A stretch of DNA of 64,000 bases from an uncultured Alphaproteobacteria bacterium (GTDB lineage: Bacteria > Pseudomonadota > Alphaproteobacteria > MPNO01 > DASWLB01), in contig CAWFOW010000011.1 of assembly GCA_963817535.1 (NCBI GenBank), positions 46,754 to 110,753 on the forward strand. Direction: 5' to 3'. This document shows, one piece after another, positions 9,967 to 17,745 of this stretch (position 1 is its first letter; every line of letters starts with the position of its first letter). A program made the translations under genes and the position numbers. The notes beneath the pieces are model-generated. The model had not been told where the DNA came from. It was given only the letters and a program-made list of their open reading frames with translations, and did no database searches.

Positions 9967-10854
9967 ATGACAAATTCTCAAAATCATTTTTATGTCGATT
10001 CGGAAACTGGATCACTCAGCGACGTGTTGCTGTGTGCTCCAGAATATTATGAATGGGTGCCGCACAACGCGGTCACGAGGCGGTCGATGCAGTCCCTCGG
10101 CAGCTTCGACATGCAGGCCGCGCGGGCTCAATTCGCCGAGTTCGAGCAGGCCTTCGCCGAGGCGGGCGTGAACCGTCATTATCTGATGCCGGACGCCTGC
10201 CTTCCCGATCAGCTCTACACGCGCGATACGAGCCTCGTCACGCCGTGGGGTCCGGTCGTGCTGCAGCCGATGCAGCCCCGCCGCCGCGGCGAGGTCGGGC
10301 CGGTGGTCGATTTCTTTGACCGGGCGGGGGTGGCGCGATGGCGCTGGGCGACCGCGGGCTCGGTCGAAGGCGGCGATATCCATATGATCCGGCCCGGCCT
10401 TCTGGTGATCGGCTATTCGGGCGAACGGACCACGATCGAGGGCGCCCAGCAGGTCGGAGGCTGGTTCCGAGACGCCGGGTGGAAGGTCCGCTACGAGAGC
10501 TTTCCCGAGCATTTTCTCCATTTCGACCTGCTCTTTGCCATGGTTGGCGAGGCGTTGGCGGTCGCCTGCATCGAGGCGCTGTCCGAAGACTATCTTGCCT
10601 GGCTCAAACAGAAGAAAATCGACGTCATTCCCGTGTCCTATGGCGAGGCCATGCGCCTCGGCTGCAACCCCCTTTCGCTCGGCGACAGGCGAGTGATCTC
10701 GTCGGCCACGTGCCGCGAGCTGAATCAGCGGCTTCGGGCTGCCGGAATCCGGGTCTACGACCCCGACATCTCGGTGTTCACCGGGGGCGGCGGAGGGCCC
10801 CGCTGCATGTCGATGGCCCTGCGCCGCGAGCCGCTGGCCCGCCCAAGCAATTAG
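9967..10854 (+). CDS. Amidinotransferase-superfamily hydrolase (dimethylarginine dimethylaminohydrolase / arginine deiminase-like)
   Basis: 295 aa. C-terminal catalytic-Cys motif DISVFTGGGGGPRCMSMAL matches the DDAH/ADI GGxxCMS signature. The first ~100 nt are markedly AT-rich. Confidence 0.7.
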   Translation: MTNSQNHFYVDSETGSLSDVLLCAPEYYEWVPHNAVTRRSMQSLGSFDMQAARAQFAEFEQAFAEAGVNRHYLMPDACLPDQLYTRDTSLVTPWGPVVLQPMQPRRRGEVGPVVDFFDRAGVARWRWATAGSVEGGDIHMIRPGLLVIGYSGERTTIEGAQQVGGWFRDAGWKVRYESFPEHFLHFDLLFAMVGEALAVACIEALSEDYLAWLKQKKIDVIPVSYGEAMRLGCNPLSLGDRRVISSATCRELNQRLRAAGIRVYDPDISVFTGGGGGPRCMSMALRREPLARPSN

Positions 10855-10931
10855 CTGTACGCCGTAGGGAAAATCGGTGTTGGTTAACAGGAACGAATAG
10901 GAACGTCGGGCGCGGCAAAGTCGTGGTATAA

Positions 10932-11978
10932 ATGATCGTCAAGACGTCGGATGTCGAACAATATCGACCTGACGAGAGGCTGAGGCGCGTGAGTAAGATT
11001 CGAATCGACCAATATGTGTCGGGGCCGTCGCCCGATGCGACGATAAGTGTCGCGTCGCCACATGTGCTTGCCGAGGCCGCGGCGATGTGGAAGTTCGCCC
11101 GCCGGGCCGGTTTCGCCGCGGAGCTCAAGGCGCTGCAGCGGCCGCGCGTCGCGCGGTCGGTGACGGCGGCGGTGCTCGACTGGGAGCTGATCGGGCTGGC
11201 GGCGGCTTCCGTCGTCTGGTTGGGCTGGTGGGCGGTGCCGGTCGCGCTGCTGGTCATCGGCAACCGCCAGCGCGCCCTCGGCAACCTGCTGCACGACGCC
11301 TCGCACTGGACGATGGATGGCAACCGGTCCCGGGCGACGGTGCTCGCCAACCTCCTGTTCTGCTGGCCGCTGACCGTGTCGATGGCGGTCTACCGGGCGG
11401 ATCACACCCGGCATCACAAATGCCTCGGCGATCCGGCCGACGACCCCGACTTCATTCACGATCCCGACCGCCTCGCGCGCGGCTGGGTGCGTGTCTGGTT
11501 CGACCAGGTCGGCTCGTGGCGGGGCCTGCGCTCGTCCGTGCTCGGCAATCTCGACCGGATGGAGGGCGCGATGCTGGCCGGCGTGGCCGCATGGTGGTGC
11601 GTCGTTCTCGGTGCGGCGGCCGCCGCGGCGGGACCCTCGGCGGCCTTGGTCTTCCTCGGCCTCTGGGTCGCGGCGCGGGCGACCGTGTTCCATGCGGTCA
11701 CCTGCTTTCGCGAAATCTCCGACCATGTCGGGCTGGTGCCCGGTACGCTGATCGGGTTCAGCCGGAACCATCCGTTCGGCGGGGTGCTGGGCCAACTCGT
11801 GCATCCGCACAACAACGGGTACCACCTGCTGCATCACCTGGACCCCGGCATCCCGTTTCACGCCCTTCCCCGGGCCCACCGGCTGCTGCTGCAATGGCCG
11901 GACTACGCAACGGCCGAACACTGCACGTCCTATTTCGGGGGCGAGGGGAGCGCGGTCCGCTCCTGGGTGTGCCGTTAG
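10932..11978 (+). CDS. Fatty acid desaturase family membrane protein (three His-box di-iron enzyme)
   Basis: His boxes HDASH, HTRHH, HNNGYHLLHH plus hydrophobic TM segments. Confidence 0.75.
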   Translation: MIVKTSDVEQYRPDERLRRVSKIRIDQYVSGPSPDATISVASPHVLAEAAAMWKFARRAGFAAELKALQRPRVARSVTAAVLDWELIGLAAASVVWLGWWAVPVALLVIGNRQRALGNLLHDASHWTMDGNRSRATVLANLLFCWPLTVSMAVYRADHTRHHKCLGDPADDPDFIHDPDRLARGWVRVWFDQVGSWRGLRSSVLGNLDRMEGAMLAGVAAWWCVVLGAAAAAAGPSAALVFLGLWVAARATVFHAVTCFREISDHVGLVPGTLIGFSRNHPFGGVLGQLVHPHNNGYHLLHHLDPGIPFHALPRAHRLLLQWPDYATAEHCTSYFGGEGSAVRSWVCR

Positions 11979-11996
11979 CCGTGGCGTCCGCCGTCG

Positions 11997-12257
11997 TCAC
12001 CGGCGCGCCGCGCGCCAGTCCTCGACCATGGCGGCGAGGGAGGCAAGGGTGTCGAAGCGCTGCGGATCGAACTCGATCTCGGTGAAGTCGACGCCGAACG
12101 CGGTCTCGAGGAATGTGACCAGCTTTATTACCGCCAGCAAGTCGAGGCGGCCGGTCGAGATCAGGGAGGTGGCGTCGGCGAACGGCGCCGAGTCGTTCTG
12201 ATCGCGCAGGAGCTCGGTAAGGTAGGTCCTGATCCTTACCCGATCGTCCTCAGCCAT
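11997..12257 (-). CDS. DltC-like aminoacyl/acyl carrier protein homolog with Leu in place of the phosphopantetheinyl-Ser
   Basis: 86 aa. Four-helix carrier pattern ...ADATSLISTGRLDLLAVIKLVTFLETAFGVDFTEIEF. Start overlaps the MBOAT 3' end by ~22 nt. Confidence 0.6.
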   Translation of the reverse strand: MAEDDRVRIRTYLTELLRDQNDSAPFADATSLISTGRLDLLAVIKLVTFLETAFGVDFTEIEFDPQRFDTLASLAAMVEDWRAARR

Positions 12258-13762
12258 TGATCCATCCCCAGGACATTGAGCAAGAATTCGAGGTGCCAGC
12301 CGAGCGGCGCGTGCGGGAACGGCCCGTCCAGAAACGATAGCAGGCAGAAGAACGTCAACACACCCACCGACGGCAACATCTGGCGCCGCCACCACGGAGC
12401 GTGCGGATCCGCCCGCCGCGGCATGAGCTGGGAGAGGACGATCCCGCCCGCGAGCAGCAGGCAATAGAATGCATAGGTCTGCGACTGGAGCAGACTTTGC
12501 CACATGCCCTGGCTCGCCAGGTCGGGGAGCCTGCGGAATATCTGATGGGACAGGTAGTTGCCGACGCCCGCCGCCATGAACGTGGCGAAGGCCAGCCGCA
12601 GCCGCGGGTGCCGTTTGAAGCAGCGGAGGAACGCCGGGTAGAAGTAGATATGAACCAGCGCTTCCTTGAAATAGTAGTCGTACCGGTTCCAGAACTCGGC
12701 GATGCTGCGTGATGACAATGGTCGGTAAGTATTGCGCAATAGTCTAAATCCCGCCAAACGCGCGAGGGCGACGGCCTTGTGGCCCCAGATCGCGAGGACC
12801 AGCAATCGCTCCGGGAAATTGAGCAGAATTCCCCAGAGCCCGGCCGGACCCGGTCCCTTGCCGGTATCGAGGAAGTGCACGAACGTCTGCGACAGCGGCG
12901 CGATGCCGGCCAGGCCGTAGAAGACGTGGCGCATCAGCCACAGGACGACCGTCAGGACGAACGCCCAGCACAAAAGCTTGAGGCCGGAGAGCTGGGTGGC
13001 CGCCAGTTCCTCGGCCGAGCCGGCCTCGACGCTCCGCCACGACGCGGCACCGCGACCGACCGGCTCGATCACCCAGGGGGCGAAGAAGGGGTGGAAGGCG
13101 GCAAAATGGCGGATCGTCGGCTGGGGCTGGCGGCGCTGCTGATCGAGCAGCGCGTAGCAGAGGAACCAGATGAAGGCCGCCAGCACGGCGGTCAGGCTCC
13201 ACAGCGCCACCTCCGGCAGGCCATGCAGCAGGTTGGCGCAGGCGGCCGCGATCATGGCGAAGCAGGCCAGGTGGACGGCGAGGATCGGCCGCCGCCCGAC
13301 CGGATGGTCGCGCCACTGCCGGGCGAGCCAGAGCACCGCGAGCGCGAGGGGCGCTGCGGCCAGCAGGCTGCCGGCGCGCACCCAGCGTGCCTCGAACATG
13401 CTCTGCAGACCCTGCTGCGCGAGGACCATGGCCTCGAGGCCCGGCGAGAACCAATCCATGTGGATCAGCAGCATGCCGGCACCGCCAACTGCCGCGATCA
13501 AGAAGCGGTGACGGCCGGCCACCCCCGCGACGGACGCGATCAGGGAGACGGTCAGGGCCAGCCTCAGCGAATAGCTGCCCATTAGGTTCAGCAGCACCGC
13601 GAAGGCCAGGAACAGGACCAGCTTGCCGGGGATCGTCTGTGCAAAGGCGACCAGCGCGTCGTCGGTCTCGATCGGCGGCATCCGCCATTTCCAGGGCGGC
13701 TTGCCGAGCCCGGCCTGACGCGCCAGAAGGCCGACGCGGCCGATGAGGGGCGTGGGCGGCAT
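12236..13762 (-). CDS. MBOAT family membrane O-acyltransferase (DltB/AlgI-like)
   Basis: 508 aa, multi-TM. MBOAT signature RSIAEFWNRYDYYFKEALVHIYFYP with the conserved His. Start ATG overlaps the upstream stop (TGATG). Confidence 0.8.
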   Translation of the reverse strand: MPPTPLIGRVGLLARQAGLGKPPWKWRMPPIETDDALVAFAQTIPGKLVLFLAFAVLLNLMGSYSLRLALTVSLIASVAGVAGRHRFLIAAVGGAGMLLIHMDWFSPGLEAMVLAQQGLQSMFEARWVRAGSLLAAAPLALAVLWLARQWRDHPVGRRPILAVHLACFAMIAAACANLLHGLPEVALWSLTAVLAAFIWFLCYALLDQQRRQPQPTIRHFAAFHPFFAPWVIEPVGRGAASWRSVEAGSAEELAATQLSGLKLLCWAFVLTVVLWLMRHVFYGLAGIAPLSQTFVHFLDTGKGPGPAGLWGILLNFPERLLVLAIWGHKAVALARLAGFRLLRNTYRPLSSRSIAEFWNRYDYYFKEALVHIYFYPAFLRCFKRHPRLRLAFATFMAAGVGNYLSHQIFRRLPDLASQGMWQSLLQSQTYAFYCLLLAGGIVLSQLMPRRADPHAPWWRRQMLPSVGVLTFFCLLSFLDGPFPHAPLGWHLEFLLNVLGMDQWLRTIG

Positions 13763-15342
13763 CAGGTGCCTCCGCCGGCCTCGAGCCAATCGAGCAGGGC
13801 GCGCCGGTCAAGCTTGCCGCTGGTCGTCAGCGGCATCGCCGCCAGGATATGAATGGCTGCGGGAACCATGTGCGGCGGAACGCGGCTCCTCAGGGCGTCC
13901 CGCAGCGCCGGTGCAGGGCCGGCCTCGCCGCCGACAAAGCCGACAATGCCCTGGGCGACGCCGTCCGCCACCGGCCACGCGACCGCGGCCACATCTTCGA
14001 CACCGGCCACCACGCGCAGATGCGCCTCGATATCCTCGAGCTCGACCCGGTGCCCGTGGATCTTGATTTGATGGTCAAGCCGGCCGAGGTGGTGAAAACG
14101 ACCGGTTTCGTCCCTCAGCGCAAGGTCGCCGGTCAGGTACCACCGGCGCCCGTCCAGTATGGGGAAACGCTCCGCGGTCAGGTCCGGCGCGCCGAGATAG
14201 CCGATGGCGAGCTGCGCGCCGGCGATGGCGAGCTCGCCAGCCACGTTGTTCGCGACGGGCCGCCGGTCCGGCCCCAGAACCGCCAGCGCGCTGCCGGGGT
14301 GCGGCGTGCCGATCGCCACCACGTCGCGGCCGGGCGTGAGGGCCGGCGTGGCGCCCGGCGCGATCCGCTCGCCGCAGCAATCGACCGTGGCCTCGGTCGG
14401 GCCGTAGAAATTGTCGATCGCGCTGTTGGGCGCGGCCGCCTGCCAGGCGCGCACCGAGGCGAGGGGCAGCGGCTCGCCGCCAAAGGAGGAGTAGCGCAGG
14501 CTGGGTAAGGAACCCGGCGCCAGGGAGCGCGTCTGCCGCATCCAGGTGATCGCGGCCGGGGCCGAGCCCCATACGGTCAGGCGGCGGTCGCGAATGAACC
14601 GGGCGGGCGACACCTGGCTGACCGCCGGAACCACGTGGAGCGACGCGCCGGCCTGCCACGGCAAGAAGATTTCGCCCAGGGACGGATCGAACGACAGCTC
14701 GGTGAATTGGGAGGCGCGGTCCTGCTCGGTCAGCTCTTTGCGGGCCTGCAGCGCGGACAGGTACGCGGCAACCGCGCCGGCGGACACCATGACGCCCTTG
14801 GGCGTGCCGGTGGTTCCCGAGGTGAAGATGACATAGAGCATGTGATCATCGGCCATGTCGGCGGGCGGCTCGAGAGGCTGCGGCTCCGGCAGCGCATCCA
14901 GCGCCAGCACAGAAAGCCCGAGACGATCCGTCCGCAACGCGGCGGCGGCGGAGCCATCGGGCACGAAAGCCAGATGCAGCCGGTCGAGGGTCGTGGGTGT
15001 CAGGCGGCGCACGCCATTGCCGTCGGCGATCACGGCGTCGATTCCGGCGAGGTCGAGCACCGTCTCGATGCGTGCCGCTGGCCAACGCAGCCCGAGGGGC
15101 ACGTAGGTCGCGCCGGCCCAGGCGGCGGCCAGCACCGCCTCCATCGCGACCAGGCTGCGCGAGGCGAGGATGCCGATCCGGCGTCCGGCGCCGTAGCTGC
15201 GGTCGTGCAGCGCAGCAGCCAGACGGCCGCCGCGCCGGGCGAGCTCGCCATAGGACAGGGTGACGCCATCGGCGTCGAGCGCCAGCCGCTCCGGCGCCAG
15301 CCGCGCGCGTTCATAGACTGGCCAGCACGGATTCGTCGTCAT
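13762..15342 (-). CDS. Stand-alone NRPS-type adenylation enzyme (DltA-like aminoacyl-AMP ligase)
   Basis: 526 aa. A-domain cores FTSGTTGTPKGV (A3), FDPSLGEIF (A4), NFYGPTEATV (A5), YLTGDLA (A7), GRLDHQIKIHGHRVELEDIE (A8), PLTTSGKLDRRAL (A10). Confidence 0.85.
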   Translation of the reverse strand: MTTNPCWPVYERARLAPERLALDADGVTLSYGELARRGGRLAAALHDRSYGAGRRIGILASRSLVAMEAVLAAAWAGATYVPLGLRWPAARIETVLDLAGIDAVIADGNGVRRLTPTTLDRLHLAFVPDGSAAAALRTDRLGLSVLALDALPEPQPLEPPADMADDHMLYVIFTSGTTGTPKGVMVSAGAVAAYLSALQARKELTEQDRASQFTELSFDPSLGEIFLPWQAGASLHVVPAVSQVSPARFIRDRRLTVWGSAPAAITWMRQTRSLAPGSLPSLRYSSFGGEPLPLASVRAWQAAAPNSAIDNFYGPTEATVDCCGERIAPGATPALTPGRDVVAIGTPHPGSALAVLGPDRRPVANNVAGELAIAGAQLAIGYLGAPDLTAERFPILDGRRWYLTGDLALRDETGRFHHLGRLDHQIKIHGHRVELEDIEAHLRVVAGVEDVAAVAWPVADGVAQGIVGFVGGEAGPAPALRDALRSRVPPHMVPAAIHILAAMPLTTSGKLDRRALLDWLEAGGGT

Positions 15343-15642
15343 GGAATACGCCGATCAAGTGTCCGGGCGCTTCGGGAACGCCGGCGAGGGGGCGATGCGG
15401 TTGCAGCCTACCCGAGGCATGCGCGAGGGGCCAATGGTGCCACGCCGGGCAATAAAGGCGAGGCGCGCCTCAGGCTGCCTATTTGATCGTACAAGAGCAA
15501 ACTCGCCGAAGCGATAACGCGTCCGCGAGTCCCTGGTGCGCCTGGCTGCCGCCGTGGTCAACGATGACCGGTGACCTGCCCTTCTTAACCGGGTCCAAAA
15601 GGGGAGCTAGTGCGCTTTCCGATCGAACCGGTCCGGCCCTCT

Positions 15643-15696
15643 CCCCCGCCCGGCCACCCAGACCAGCATACTGTCGTTGGGTGGCCGGGCCGGGGG
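15643..15696. repeat. Strong GC-rich hairpin (18-bp stem, 17-nt loop), REP-like palindromic element
   Basis: ccccgcccggccaccca ...17 nt... tgggtggccgggccggggg. No flanking U-tract on either strand. Confidence 0.5.
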
Positions 15697-15808
15697 AAGC
15701 GGGCCGGCGCGATTCCGCGCGAGCGGAAGATGCACTAGGTCATTTACCCATAAATGGGATTCCCATTTTTTGGGAAGGGTGATTCAGTCTCCTCGAAGGG
15801 AGACCGAG

Positions 15809-16578
15809 ATGGCACGTTTCGATCTGACGGATTTCGAGTGGTCTGTGATCCAGCCACTGCTGCCGAACAAGCCGCGCGGTGTGCCGCGTGTTGACGACCG
15901 CCGGGTGTTGAACGGGATTTTCTGGCGGCTTCGCACCGGCGCGCCGTGGGCCGACATTCCCGAGCGTTACGGTCCGCACACGACCTGCGTGAACCGCTTC
16001 AACCGCTGGCGCAGGGCGGGGGTGTGGGATCGGCTTCTCGAGGCGGTTTCCAAGGCTTACGAGGGCGACATCCAGATGATCAACTCCTCGATCATCCGCG
16101 TGCATCAGCACGCCGCCAACGCCCAAAAAAAGACGACCGATCCCGTTGCATGGGTCGCTCGCGCGGCGGGCTGACGACCAAGATCCATGCGCTGGTCGAT
16201 GCGAACGGCCTGCCGATCGTCCTCAAGCTGACCGAAGGCCAGGCCCATGACGGGCGCAGTGCCGAAGACATGTTCGGCTCTCTTGAAGCCGGCGACATCC
16301 TGCTCGCCGACCGGGCCTACGACAGCGACGCGCTCCGGCGAACCCTCGCCATGCGCGGCGCGTGGGGCAACATCAAGCCCATGCCCGGCCGCACCAACAT
16401 CCCAGCCTTCAGCCCGTTTCTTTACCGCTACCGCAACCTCGTCGAGCGCTTCTTCAACAAGCTCAAGCACTTTCGAGCCGTCGCCACCCGCTACGACAAA
16501 AGACCCGAAAACTACCTCGCATCCGTCAAGCTGGCCGCAGCCCGAATATGGATGCGATTTAATGAGTCGATGACCTAG
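15809..16578 (+). CDS. IS5/IS427-group transposase OrfAB (OrfA 15809-16174; OrfB frame continues to 16578 after programmed -1 frameshift)
   Basis: OrfA begins MARFDLTDFEWSVIQPLLP (DUF4096-type N-terminus). OrfB carries the DDE domain ...RGGLTTKIHALVDANGLPI...LLADRAYDSD... Confidence 0.8.
16126..16132 (+). other. Programmed -1 ribosomal frameshift slippery heptamer A_AAA_AAG
   Basis: In the OrfA frame the codons are CAA AAA AAG. OrfB is in the -1 frame relative to OrfA. Confidence 0.7.
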
Positions 16579-16711
16579 TGAAGCGTGCCCGGGTTGCGAT
16601 GAAGGGGGCAAGTCAGCGTCGCAGTCGTCAACGGCGTCGTCATGGGCAGCCACACCTGCATTGCCCAATGATACCGCGGGACCGTGCTGAGAATGGCGTC
16701 GACCGCGTGGG

Positions 16712-17686
16712 TCACTTGGGCAGGTAGGCCTCGGTGTAGAGCGTTGACATGTCGGGCGTGGATTTCAGGAGCTTCATGTCGAGGAACATGCGCTCCAGGG
16801 TCGCCACGGATTCGTGGCCGAACCTGCAATCGTCGGTGAACATCCCGATCGTGCGATCATAGTCCTTCGACGTGACATCTTCCGAATAGCCGGTCACCGC
16901 GCTTTCGACCTTCACGGTCTCTGCCTTGTGCGACTTCATATAGTGAACGGTCTCGATCCAGCCGGCCAGGAAGGCGCGGATCGCCTCGGGGTTGCTCGCA
17001 ATCAGACGGTTGGACGCGAAGATCATGCCCCCCGCGACCGACCCCATATAGGCAGACACGGGGACCAGCGCGCGGCCGATCTTCTTCTCTTCCATTGCGA
17101 GGAATGTCGACGTGCCACCCATATAGGCGTCGATGATGTGCATACGGAATGCCGAGGCGGATGCCGACGGGCTGCTGCCGATCGGCGCCCGCTTGACGCC
17201 GTCGGGGCCCCAGCCCTGAGTGCGCGTGAGCTCCCGCGCCAGCCAGTCCGTCAGCGAGCCCGCGCTCGAAATGCCGATCGTCTTGCCCTTGAGGTCGTCG
17301 ATCGACTTCAGCGGCGAATCCCACGGCACACCGATGACGAAGGGCAGCTGGGACGCATCCTCACAGATCGCGATCATCGGCGCGCCCTTGACGATGAAGG
17401 CCATCTGAATGCCGGCGCCCACGCCGATGTCGATGCTTCCGGCGGTCAATGCCTGCAGCATCTTGCTGCCGCCCTGGAAATCCAGCACCTCGACATCGAG
17501 CCCGCGCTTCTTGAACATGCCAAGCTTGTCGCCGACATTGGCTGCCAAATTGGATTCTGACGTCGCCGCGGATTTGCCGACGACCAGTTTTGTCGCGGCG
17601 CGGGCCGGCGCCGACGTCGCGAGCGCCCCGGCAAGTATGACGGCGAGCGCCGCCCGAATGGTGACAGGCACGCCGTGGTTCCACAT
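16712..17686 (-). CDS. NMT1/SsuA-like periplasmic substrate-binding protein (orphan; paralog of 22636-23610)
   Basis: Signal peptide MWNHGVPVTIRAALAVILAGALATSAPARA. About 60% identical by eye to the 22636 protein. Confidence 0.8.
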   Translation of the reverse strand: MWNHGVPVTIRAALAVILAGALATSAPARAATKLVVGKSAATSESNLAANVGDKLGMFKKRGLDVEVLDFQGGSKMLQALTAGSIDIGVGAGIQMAFIVKGAPMIAICEDASQLPFVIGVPWDSPLKSIDDLKGKTIGISSAGSLTDWLARELTRTQGWGPDGVKRAPIGSSPSASASAFRMHIIDAYMGGTSTFLAMEEKKIGRALVPVSAYMGSVAGGMIFASNRLIASNPEAIRAFLAGWIETVHYMKSHKAETVKVESAVTGYSEDVTSKDYDRTIGMFTDDCRFGHESVATLERMFLDMKLLKSTPDMSTLYTEAYLPK

Positions 17687-17745
17687 CGCCGTCCTTCCCC
17701 TCGTTGTCGGCGTCTGGTGGTGTGCCCTGTGGCACGCCGCCCCGA

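Larger units (their letters stand above)
15735..16578 (+). mobile_element. IS5 family, IS427-group insertion sequence (~840 bp) with flanking CTAG
   Basis: Terminal inverted repeats ggtcattta.../...atgacc. CTAG on both sides. Two overlapping transposase ORFs joined by a -1 frameshift. Confidence 0.8.

Noticed and set aside
10884-12085. ORFs 10884-11921 (minus) and 11087-12085 (plus) overlapping the desaturase
   Set aside because: The desaturase frame has the diagnostic His boxes and TM helices; the alternatives are low-complexity GC artifacts
12744-13811. 355-aa minus-strand ORF in an alternate frame of the MBOAT gene
   Set aside because: The MBOAT frame carries the family signature motif and multi-TM profile
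15428-15442. TGGCACCATTGGCCC resembling a sigma-54 -24/-12 promoter in the leader of the adenylation gene (minus strand)
   Set aside because: The GG...GC spacing is off by ~3 nt relative to the TGGCAC-N5-TTGC consensus, and no enhancer-binding-protein gene is nearby
15643-15696. The GC hairpin interpreted as an intrinsic terminator
   Set aside because: No U-rich tract follows the stem on either strand; it is more consistent with a REP-like palindrome
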